DNA of 21,234 nucleotides from a virus (Duplodnaviria; Heunggongvirae; Uroviricota; Caudoviricetes): IMG/VR virus record IMGVR_UViG_2537562190_000017; one strand, 5' to 3'. Shown piece by piece: positions 1 to 6,864 of this stretch (position 1 is its first letter; each line of letters starts with the position of its first letter). The notes under the pieces were generated by a model. It saw only the letters and a program-made list of their open reading frames with translations, ran no database searches and was not told where the DNA came from. The position numbers and the translations under genes were made by a program.

Positions 1-399
1 GTCAGCACAAGCCTGGTTGAGTTCTTCCATCACGCTCATTTTACGGGGATTAACGACAAAACCCTTCGTCCAGTACTCGTAAAGAACATCGTCGCACTCT
101 TCCTGATACCGGATGACCTTATCGCGGATTTCGGGTTTTACTTTGTTGGGATTAATGGTTTGTAGCCAGCCGGCAAGTTTTCGAAGCGGCAGGGACACCA
201 TATTGCGTCGTTTCCCATCCTCAGCAACCATAACGATTTCCGTTATAGTTGACGCAAAACGCTGTCTTAACTTAGCCAACTGTGATTGCCAGGCCAGCCC
301 CATCCCCGCAACGACAGGTTTCATGGGAACGTATGGTTCGCCGTTATGGTTAACCACATAAAGAGAATCGCCGTGAAACGGCACGGTCATCATATTCAT
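1..399 (-). CDS. Antirepressor-like protein (AntA-type N-terminal domain); 3' part runs off the left edge
   Basis: Manual translation of the minus strand from ATG at 399-397 (AAGGA about 8 nt upstream): MNMMTVPFHGDSLYVVNHNGEPYVPMKPVVAGMGLAWQSQLAKLRQRF...LRKLAGWLQTINPNKVKPEIRDKVIRYQEECDDVLYEYWTKG, open to position 1. The pattern matches the conserved AntA/AntB antirepressor N-domain as I recall it. Not in the ORF track because it is truncated. Confidence 0.55.
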   Translation of the reverse strand, partial: MNMMTVPFHGDSLYVVNHNGEPYVPMKPVVAGMGLAWQSQLAKLRQRFASTITEIVMVAEDGKRRNMVSLPLRKLAGWLQTINPNKVKPEIRDKVIRYQEECDDVLYEYWTKGFVVNPRKMSVMEELNQACAD

Positions 400-529
400 C
401 GGTTATTTCCTTTTAGTGATGAACCCTGCGCACAGGAATAACCAGCCCAAAGAGGGTTAACCAGACCACTGCCGGTTATCCACCAGGGCTCATCCTGAAA
501 GGTTCTTTGGTTTATTTACGCTTGTGCGA

Positions 530-563
530 AGCGCAGAAATGACAAAGGCACCATTACGGTGCC
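530..563 (-). terminator. Putative intrinsic terminator downstream of the lysis genes
   Basis: Hairpin GGCACC-attac-GGTGCC (547-563); on the minus strand it is followed by TTTGTCATTTCTG. No ORF was found by manual translation between 400 and 673. Confidence 0.4.
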
Positions 564-673
564 TCTTCATGAAACAATCTTGTTGACTTTATTCACTTAC
601 ATTTTGCCAGTTCGCAGGATTTCGTGTTATCTGCCCGCGTTGGCCAACGTCATTTTTCAGCAAAATATTCTGC

Positions 674-1207
674 TTACCTGTCGATACCCCAGCATGCCAG
701 CGCACTCTCCTGGTCACGTCTTGATACCTGACCGTAACAGTTGTTTGAACGGATACGGCAGTCTCTGCCACCGTCCTTAATCCACCAGCGAATCGCCTCA
801 CACGCTCCCCTGCGATCGCCTGCATTAAGCCGCTTATAAAACGTCGACGGGAAACACTTACCGGGGCCAATGTTATAGGGGCAAAATGACGCGATACCTG
901 CTTTTTGTGGCTCGGTCAGTGGAACTTTTATATTACGCTCCACCCATGCCAGCGCCTTATCCCGTTCGATAGCGTTAACCCGGTCGCATTTTTCCTTCGA
1001 CAGCTTCATGCCAGGAATCACAGGCTTACCATCCACCCGGGTGGCTCCACGGCAGATGGTCCAGATACCCGCACCATCACGGTATGCCGTGGTGTGGTTA
1101 CCTTCCTTTTCATCCAGAAACTGGTCGAGGATTTCAGGCGCAGAAGCACCTGCGGCAATCAGCGCCAGAACGGCAGCCGATAAACCATAGCGGAGTTTCC
1201 TGCTCAT
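674..1207 (-). CDS. SAR endolysin (T4-lysozyme-type muramidase with N-terminal signal-anchor-release segment), phage-21 R-like
   Basis: 177 aa; hydrophobic Ala/Gly-rich N-terminus (LSAAVLALIAAGASAP), then an E-x8-D-x5-T catalytic-triad pattern (EKEGNHTTAYRDGAGIWT). Lies immediately downstream of the holin. Confidence 0.9.
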   Translation of the reverse strand: MSRKLRYGLSAAVLALIAAGASAPEILDQFLDEKEGNHTTAYRDGAGIWTICRGATRVDGKPVIPGMKLSKEKCDRVNAIERDKALAWVERNIKVPLTEPQKAGIASFCPYNIGPGKCFPSTFYKRLNAGDRRGACEAIRWWIKDGGRDCRIRSNNCYGQVSRRDQESALACWGIDR

Positions 1208-1211
1208 CAGC

Positions 1212-1427
1212 TTACTCTCCCCGTGCCGCCTTACGCCGGTCTTCTTTAATCTTGAAATACAGGTTCGTCAGATATGTCAGCAGCCCAAACAGCAGACTCC
1301 CCAGCACGCCTATTGCCGCCCACTGAGACGGGGAAACCCTGTCCAGCAACTGCAGGAACCAGTAGCCCGTTCCCACCGCTGACGTGGTGTATGACACACC
1401 TGTTGTGATTTTTTCCATCTGGTTCAT
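1212..1427 (-). CDS. Class II holin / pinholin (S21-like) with dual-start motif
   Basis: [71 protein letters not shown]; close to the phage 21 S pinholin as recalled. Met1 and Met4 give the holin/antiholin dual start. GGGAGG SD upstream of ATG at 1427. The track ORF 1212..1502 is an upstream extension. Confidence 0.85.
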   Translation of the reverse strand: MNQMEKITTGVSYTTSAVGTGYWFLQLLDRVSPSQWAAIGVLGSLLFGLLTYLTNLYFKIKEDRRKAARGE

Positions 1428-1462
1428 ACCCCGCCTCCCGCAATCCGGAAGCTCACAACAAT

Positions 1463-1492
1463 AAAAAAGACCACCGGCACACACCGATGGTC
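1463..1492 (-). terminator. Intrinsic terminator between the small upstream ORFs and the holin
   Basis: On the minus strand GACCATCGG-tgtgtg-CCGGTGGTC followed by TTTTTTATTG. Confidence 0.55.
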
Positions 1493-1504
1493 CCTGACGC
1501 ATGC

Positions 1505-1750
1505 TTACATCATCATGTCGCTGTCCGGTGTGGGGTCACCGCTATCTGAAGCACTCCCCTCACCCGCGATGCCTTCCGGCTCCGGAGCTGCCGGTGCGCC
1601 CAGCAGTTCATCCAGAATGGCATCCACTTCTGCATCAAGACGCGCTTCCAGGTTATGGCGAAGTTTCTGTTTCAGTGCGCTCCGGACTTCTTCAGAGCGC
1701 AGGACTTCCTTCACTGCTTCAGCAGTGACCAGGGATGTAATTTCTGACAT
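1505..1750 (-). CDS. Hypothetical acidic protein (81 aa)
   Basis: ATG at 1750; [60 protein letters not shown]...; coding-like helical N-half and acidic tail. The track ORF 1505..1924 carries a non-coding-looking extension. Confidence 0.45.
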   Translation of the reverse strand: MSEITSLVTAEAVKEVLRSEEVRSALKQKLRHNLEARLDAEVDAILDELLGAPAAPEPEGIAGEGSASDSGDPTPDSDMMM

Positions 1751-1790
1751 GGGATTTTCTCGTCGAAAGATGTGATTAAGAAAGTTGCCG

Positions 1791-1970
1791 CTAAATGAGC
1801 GGCTCTTCGGGTTTGCTTCCGGCTGACTGACTGGCGCTGATTTTCTCAGCGGCCCTTTTGTCAATCTGTCTGCGCCAGACGTCACGCATGGCCCGGTATC
1901 CACCCGAAAGGAGATACAGCACACAGACCACCGTACAGAAGTACAGCATTAACTGGTTCAGAAATGTCAT
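1791..1970 (-). CDS. Small membrane protein (59 aa, one predicted TM helix)
   Basis: Manually translated: MTFLNQLMLYFCTVVCVLYLLSGGYRAMRDVWRRQIDKRAAEKISASQSAGSKPEEPLI; GGAAAG SD 5 nt upstream of ATG at 1970. Below the 60-aa track cutoff. Confidence 0.4.
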   Translation of the reverse strand: MTFLNQLMLYFCTVVCVLYLLSGGYRAMRDVWRRQIDKRAAEKISASQSAGSKPEEPLI

Positions 1971-2068
1971 AATTTCTTTCCGTTATTGTTGACAATAAGA
2001 ACTGTTTTCATTAAAAAACCAGAGTACGAAAGTATCGTTCCTTTATTTTTTCTCCATAGGTATCACCA

Positions 2069-2104
2069 CCGCCAGCGTCCATTCCTGTCGCTGGCGGTTT
2101 TTTT
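2069..2104 (+). terminator. Plus-strand intrinsic terminator abutting the 3' end of the esterase gene
   Basis: CCGCCAGCG-loop-CGCTGGCGG followed by TTTTTTT (2098-2104). On the minus strand the tail is not U-rich. Confidence 0.5.
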
Positions 2105-2105
2105 A

Positions 2106-4052
2106 TCATGCCGCAGTGTCTGTGCTGTTCACTTCCACCACAATGCTGTCTATCAGTACCGGGTAAGTCGCATTCCTGGTAATGTCTGTCACATGCAGTT
2201 TATCCGCCGCAAATGCACTGACCGGTGACTGCGTCAGCGTGAACGGTGTGCCATCCTGACCATCAATAACCGGCGTCACCTGAAGGCTGTTATTCCCGGC
2301 AAAGCGGAAAGCCAGCGTATGCCATTCGTTATCAAATGCGCCAAAGCTTCCCAGTTTCAGGTTGTTTGTCGCCACTTTCGCATTGTGGTACATCACATTC
2401 AGGTCTTTTGCATCTGTCTGGATGTAGAACGCTGCCAGCAGGTTATTCCCCCCGTCTCCGGTCAGGGCAACGCCCTGTGGCAGTGAAGAGACCGGCCAGT
2501 AAAACGCCATAACATACTGGTTCGCAGCCAGCGCTCCCGAAACCTTAAAGCGGCAGCGAATCTGCCCCCCTTTCTGTAACAGAGCCGCACCGTTGCCCGC
2601 GGCGTACTCCAGCACCCAGCTGCTTTTACCGGCCTCCTTGGTCAGCTTCACTGCCTTACCTCCGGTTCCCTCCGCATCGCTGACCACTTCTGCCCTGCCG
2701 CCACTGGCTGACCATCCCTGTACTTTCAGGCTTCCCTCTGACTCGCTGGCAAGGTAAGAGAGCAGTGTTGTGACGCCTGTGGCTTCTGCACCGGAAGGCG
2801 ATGAAGGGCGCACCTCTGATACTGTCGATGATGCCCCCGCGTTTAGCGCCACTCTTCCCGCATGGCGCAAAATCGCCGTTGCCAGACGGTCGGAAATAAT
2901 CCCACGGCGTGCCCAGGCGCTGAAATGGCTCGCCCTGTCCTGTGACGTCCAGGTGGCTGAGCTGTCACGCCATTTCGAACCGTAATATCCGATACCCGGA
3001 ATGTCCGGGTCTTCTTCCGGTTTGTTCGTCGGCACATTCACCCCGTTCTCATCGGTCATGAACGGTACGAAATGGATATTCTTTTCCGTTTTGTTTTTAT
3101 AGCTGCCGTACACCGTCTGGTACGTGGATTCGTTCTTCTGCTTCCAGAAATACGTCGTATCTCCACATATCCAGGGAACACCGCCAGCAGAGCCACCGAC
3201 GCACTGACCTGCCATATCCGCCAGGTCTGCACGGAATTTATCAACCAGCGCACCAAACTGTGCTGCGTGATTTGCCGGCGTACCGCCAAAATCAAATTCC
3301 CCCTGCATCCACACCACGGCAAACAGCACATTTTTCGGATTCTTCTTCAGTGCTGCTTTTGTTCGACCGATAAGGTCCTTATACAGCGGCTTGTCCACAC
3401 CCCAGCGGGTTGAATTCTCCGAAGCACCACTCGCGTCACTGTATGTGCCATCAGCTCCGGTGGTGAACGCTGAACCACCACGACAGCACGGAACCAGCAG
3501 AATGCCCGCATTCGCCGGTATAAACGGCAGCAGTTTTTTGGCGATATGCAGCCCCTGCCCCACGGTTCCGTACTGCCCCTTTGACAGGTCCGCTTTCGGA
3601 TGGTTAAGGCGGCTCATGTCCTGCACATCATGCAGACAATGGTCCGCCGGAATGATGTCGTTATATTTGCATGCTGCACCGCCCGGTGTCACCGTACTGC
3701 GGCGCGCCAGCTGCTTAATACGCGGGTCCGGACGGTCATATGTCTCCGGCAGCGGAAGACCTTCACCATACGACATGCCGTTTGACTGCCCTGCCAGAAC
3801 CACAACAAAGTAATACTCCGGGTCGCTGGTGGCACTGATTACTGCACCTTCTCCACCTGTCGGCTTCACCACAACAGGTGTGCTCACATCACCTTCTGCG
3901 ACAATCGCCTGAATAAGTGCTGCGCCATCATCCGTATACGAAGAAAACGGCCCACCGTATGGTTGCCATCCTTCACGAATTTTTTGCGCAAGTGCATCAG
4001 CAAGGTCTGACGGCGATGCCGCCCTGACCACATCGTAATGTTTAAATGTCAT
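2106..4052 (-). CDS. nanS-p: NanS-p-type sialate O-acetylesterase (N-terminal DUF1737-like segment, SGNH/SASA esterase core, C-terminal beta-rich domain)
   Basis: 648 aa; GQSN motif in VVVLAGQSNGMSYGEG is typical of SASA-family esterases. ATG at 4052 with GGAGGA SD. Position between Q and S matches the prophage-borne nanS-p genes of Stx-converting phages. Confidence 0.8.
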   Translation of the reverse strand: MTFKHYDVVRAASPSDLADALAQKIREGWQPYGGPFSSYTDDGAALIQAIVAEGDVSTPVVVKPTGGEGAVISATSDPEYYFVVVLAGQSNGMSYGEGLPLPETYDRPDPRIKQLARRSTVTPGGAACKYNDIIPADHCLHDVQDMSRLNHPKADLSKGQYGTVGQGLHIAKKLLPFIPANAGILLVPCCRGGSAFTTGADGTYSDASGASENSTRWGVDKPLYKDLIGRTKAALKKNPKNVLFAVVWMQGEFDFGGTPANHAAQFGALVDKFRADLADMAGQCVGGSAGGVPWICGDTTYFWKQKNESTYQTVYGSYKNKTEKNIHFVPFMTDENGVNVPTNKPEEDPDIPGIGYYGSKWRDSSATWTSQDRASHFSAWARRGIISDRLATAILRHAGRVALNAGASSTVSEVRPSSPSGAEATGVTTLLSYLASESEGSLKVQGWSASGGRAEVVSDAEGTGGKAVKLTKEAGKSSWVLEYAAGNGAALLQKGGQIRCRFKVSGALAANQYVMAFYWPVSSLPQGVALTGDGGNNLLAAFYIQTDAKDLNVMYHNAKVATNNLKLGSFGAFDNEWHTLAFRFAGNNSLQVTPVIDGQDGTPFTLTQSPVSAFAADKLHVTDITRNATYPVLIDSIVVEVNSTDTAA

Positions 4053-4246
4053 GAATCCTCCCGGCCGGGATAGTGTACTGAATCAGATAAAGAGCGGGCT
4101 GAAGTCCGGAAGTTACAGGACAATGGCAGAAGGGAGACTTACAGCCCGCAATTCGAAAAAGGCCGCGCAGTTGCGCAGAGTGATTACCATGGGGTATTAT
4201 TCGCCAGCTGAAATATTACTTCACGTTTTGTTGTTTATTCCTTGCC

Positions 4247-4275
4247 GCCCGCGTCTCCCAGCGCGGGCTTTTTTT
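4247..4275 (+). terminator. Plus-strand intrinsic terminator
   Basis: GCCCGCG-tctcccag-CGCGGGC followed by seven T. Confidence 0.5.
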
Positions 4276-4281
4276 GCCCAT

Positions 4282-4306
4282 AAAAAAAGCCCCTCCGGAG
4301 AGGGGC
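4282..4306 (-). terminator. Minus-strand intrinsic terminator downstream of the methyltransferase
   Basis: On the minus strand GCCCCTC-tccg-GAGGGGC followed by TTTTTTT; back-to-back with the plus-strand terminator at 4247-4275. Confidence 0.55.
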
Positions 4307-4555
4307 TTCGCTACGTGTCTGTTAACCATATGCATGGTGCCGGGTGCCTCCCGGTGAGTTCAGTATCAGCACCTGAACCCGCACAGAAAGGATAGAGTAG
4401 AAACACCTGCGCTGATATGCCCCTCCGCTCAGGGGGATTCACCATGCCAGTTTCTTTTAACAAACTCCCCGCAAACCAGACAACTGTCAACCGTCTGAAT
4501 TGTGAGACATTTAAAATTTTCGGGGCGTACCTGATACCCGGTTAATTCTGCAATA

Positions 4556-5614
4556 TCATCCGTTCTGACTGACTAAATCCTGTACTTCCCTGACCGTCTG
4601 CTCAAAACGTTCAGTCTCCAGCTCAACGCCAGTTGCACGACGCCCCAGCGCCATCGCGGCTTTGACTGTCGAACCCGACCCCATGAAGAAATCTGCAACC
4701 AGGTCACCCGGACGACTGCTCGCACTGATTATCTGCTGCAGCATTTCTGCCGGTTTTTCGCACGGATGTTTCCCGGGATAGTACTGCACCGGTTTATGCG
4801 TCCACACATCCGTGTACGGCACCTGCGCCGTCACGCCAAAATACCGCCGCAGATGCTTATATTCACTCTGTAGTTCCGCATACTGCCGGTTCAGTGAAGT
4901 ATACGTCTCCAGCAGCTGGTGGTGGGGCTTCTCCAGTTCACCCCGCTGATGCTTCTCTTCTGCCACCCGGGCAAACAGCGCCTGTAATTTCAGATAATCG
5001 CTTTCGTTCGGTAGCTGCCACTGACTGGCACTGAACCAGTGCGACACCATGTTTTTCTTTCCTGTGGCATCCACTATCTGTTTTGCCGTTATCCCCAGGG
5101 CAGCACGCGCATCACGAAAGTAAGAAATCAGCGGAGCCATCACATGCTGTTTCAGTGCCCTGCCCTTCGCCTCATACCCGGCATCTTTCGGACGATACGG
5201 CCCCTGATAATGTTCCGCGAACAGAATGCGCTCGGTGGCCGGAAAATACGCCCGCAGGCTTTCCTTGTTACACCCGTTCCAGCGTCCGGACGGCTTTGCC
5301 CAGATGATATGGTTCAGTACGTTAAACCGCTCACGCATCATTATTTCGATGTCAGATGCCAGGCGATGGCCACAGAACAGGTAAAGACTTCCGGCAGGTT
5401 TCAGCACCCGCCAGAACTGCGCAAGACACTGCTCCAGCCACTTCAGGTAATCTTCATCACCCGCCCACTGGTTATCCCAGCCCTCGGGTTTCACTTTGAA
5501 GTACGGCGGGTCCGTGACTATCAGGTCAACAGAATTTTCGGGTAACGACCGCATAAATTCCAGGCAGTCGGCGTTGATTAACTCATAACTGGATATTCTT
5601 ACAGTATTAAGCAT
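4556..5614 (-). CDS. Orphan DNA methyltransferase, beta-class amino-MTase (N6-adenine or N4-cytosine)
   Basis: 352 aa; motif IV DPPY near the N-terminus (LIVTDPPYF) and an AdoMet-binding FxGxG-type motif near the C-terminus (DFFMGSGST). The order IV then I indicates the beta class. No restriction endonuclease gene is adjacent. Confidence 0.85.
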   Translation of the reverse strand: MLNTVRISSYELINADCLEFMRSLPENSVDLIVTDPPYFKVKPEGWDNQWAGDEDYLKWLEQCLAQFWRVLKPAGSLYLFCGHRLASDIEIMMRERFNVLNHIIWAKPSGRWNGCNKESLRAYFPATERILFAEHYQGPYRPKDAGYEAKGRALKQHVMAPLISYFRDARAALGITAKQIVDATGKKNMVSHWFSASQWQLPNESDYLKLQALFARVAEEKHQRGELEKPHHQLLETYTSLNRQYAELQSEYKHLRRYFGVTAQVPYTDVWTHKPVQYYPGKHPCEKPAEMLQQIISASSRPGDLVADFFMGSGSTVKAAMALGRRATGVELETERFEQTVREVQDLVSQNG

Positions 5615-5754
5615 GGATCATTAAGCCTGTCTCTGATAGGCTCATTCTGCTTTTGCGCAAAGCAGTGGGCCTGAGGTTTGCTTGTGAACCCAACGCATGA
5701 GCAGATGGCTGGTGGGTGCCCCTTACAACCACCAGCCGCCCATTTACCACAAAT

Positions 5755-5778
5755 AAAAAAGCCTTCAGGACTGAAGGC
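5755..5778 (-). terminator. Minus-strand intrinsic terminator overlapping the stop codon of the small ORF
   Basis: On the minus strand GCCTTCAG-tc-CTGAAGGC followed by TTTTTTATTTG. Confidence 0.55.
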
Positions 5779-5962
5779 GTCTGTAACAACCGAACTGATA
5801 GTCTGCCAGACCCGCCATAACCAGCTGGGTCAGTATTAGCTGGCAGCGTTCGCGTGAAAGGTACGTATTCTGTGCAATCTCCCCGACAGTCGCCGGTTCG
5901 GTGGCACTTAATTCATTAAAAACCACTCTGGCGGTTTCGGTCATATCCTGCTGTTTCAGCAT
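5765..5962 (-). CDS. Small hypothetical protein (65 aa) with helix-turn-helix-like segment
   Basis: ATG at 5962 with AAGGGA-type SD; MLKQQDMTETARVVFNELSATEPATVGEIAQNTYLSRERCQLILTQLVMAGLADYQFGCYRRLQS. First ORF after the tR'-like terminator. The track ORF 5765..6085 extension would run into the terminator. Confidence 0.4.
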   Translation of the reverse strand: MLKQQDMTETARVVFNELSATEPATVGEIAQNTYLSRERCQLILTQLVMAGLADYQFGCYRRLQS

Positions 5963-6085
5963 GTCTTTTTCCCTTTTCCGGTTAACGTGACACACCAATA
6001 ACTCTTGTCGAAAAAGCCAGCAAGCTGAAAGACAGGTATTCACCGCCACCAGCGCGTTTAACGTACCGCACCGCTTTTCGGGCAT

Positions 6086-6112
6086 AAAAAAACCGCCTGG
6101 CGGCGGGTTTTT
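6086..6112 (-). terminator. tR'-like intrinsic terminator about 65 bp downstream of the Q-like gene (hairpin is bidirectional, stronger on the minus strand)
   Basis: A7 - CCGCC-tggc-GGCGG - T5 on the plus strand; read on the minus strand the hairpin is followed by seven T. Confidence 0.6.
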
Positions 6113-6191
6113 CTTTACTTTGCCATCGCATACAAAATCGGCAAAATATCAGATTTATACGAAACATACGCGATTTAATTGACTTTTGCAA
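6113..6191 (-). promoter_or_regulatory. Putative late promoter (pR'-like) and Q-utilisation region
   Basis: Inferred from position between the Q-like stop (6175) and the tR'-like terminator. Minus-strand candidates: TTGCAA - 17 nt - TATGTT, or a TATAAAT -10 element nearer the terminator. Promoter assignment is tentative. Confidence 0.3.
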
Positions 6192-6864
6192 TATCTCGTC
6201 GTGAAAAGGTTGCTTTTTGTTGCGATCTCATTTTCACAGTGCAAATTAAGGATTCTGTATCGAGATTCTTAAAAATGTCGCACATCTCACGCCAGTAGTT
6301 CGCATAATTATGGCTCCAGTTATCAGGCTTAATTCCACACAGTCTGGCAAGCTCCTGTCGCTGGTAGACCTCACGCCCAATAACCCATCCCCTGACATCC
6401 TGTGCCGCCAGCCAGATCAACTTCTTCACGCGCTCCTGCGTTTTTCCTGCAATTTTTCTGGTGCCGTACCGGGTTTTAAATTCATTCCACACCCACTGCG
6501 TTATCGCGATCTGATGCTCCCAGCAAATATTTCCGTTGTAACACCACAACAACCAGGCTTTATGATGTTCTTCAAGAGACAGAACGGCCCGCCGCCATGA
6601 TGATGTCGAAAACTCAGCCGGACTGACCAGGGCAATTGATGAGCCTTTCGCCAGCGATTGTTTTCCCGGGATCGGTGGATTATCCCGCGTGATCATTTTT
6701 CCGGTTACCTCATCGCGGTAACGAATTTTTTTGCGTCTGTAACGCCCTGTATCGAACAGGGCGTTCTCCTGCCAGGCTTCCAGCTGGCCTTTTGTCGCCC
6801 CACTGAAATCCGCAGTGGCAATCATGAGTTGCTCACGAACAAACTGTAAATACTGGTTATTCAT
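6175..6864 (-). CDS. Putative late antiterminator Q-like protein (229 aa)
   Basis: Mainly positional: immediately downstream of rusA and upstream of a promoter/terminator unit and the late genes. ATG at 6864 overlaps the rusA stop (ATGA) and has a GAGGTGGGG SD. Family membership could not be confirmed by eye. Confidence 0.5.
   Translation of the reverse strand: MNNQYLQFVREQLMIATADFSGATKGQLEAWQENALFDTGRYRRKKIRYRDEVTGKMITRDNPPIPGKQSLAKGSSIALVSPAEFSTSSWRRAVLSLEEHHKAWLLWCYNGNICWEHQIAITQWVWNEFKTRYGTRKIAGKTQERVKKLIWLAAQDVRGWVIGREVYQRQELARLCGIKPDNWSHNYANYWREMCDIFKNLDTESLICTVKMRSQQKATFSRRDIAKVN

Noticed and set aside
589-870. 93-aa minus-strand ORF overlapping the endolysin 3' end, considered as an Rz-type spanin
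   Set aside because: It lies almost entirely inside the endolysin gene in another frame, has no N-terminal TM helix or coiled-coil character, and is Arg/Val-rich in the way of an out-of-frame shadow. Manual translation of 400-673 found no spanin-like ORF either.
2770-3813. Several plus-strand ORFs (71-140 aa) antisense to nanS-p
   Set aside because: All sit within the well-supported esterase gene on the opposite strand and have Arg/Cys/His-rich shadow-ORF composition.
4051-4395. 114-aa plus-strand ORF in the methyltransferase/nanS-p spacer
   Set aside because: It reads through two intrinsic terminator hairpins and their poly-A/T tracts and has no SD; it looks like an artefact of an open frame in non-coding DNA.
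4053-6175. tRNA genes (ileZ/argN/argO-like) expected between Q and the moron genes in Stx-type phages
   Set aside because: I scanned both strands for the T-arm signature GGTTCGAATCC (and its reverse complement) and for cloverleaf-compatible segments and found none. This was by eye, so a tRNA scan should confirm it.
2106-6175. Shiga toxin (stxA/stxB) genes
   Set aside because: There are no ORFs of the right size (about 320 aa plus about 90 aa with signal peptides) between the Q-like gene and nanS-p. The interval is filled by the small HTH-like ORF, the methyltransferase and non-coding spacers.
5982-6191. 69-aa minus-strand ORF spanning the tR'-like region
   Set aside because: It contains the terminator hairpin and poly-T tract, is basic and low-complexity, and overlaps the Q-like 3' end.
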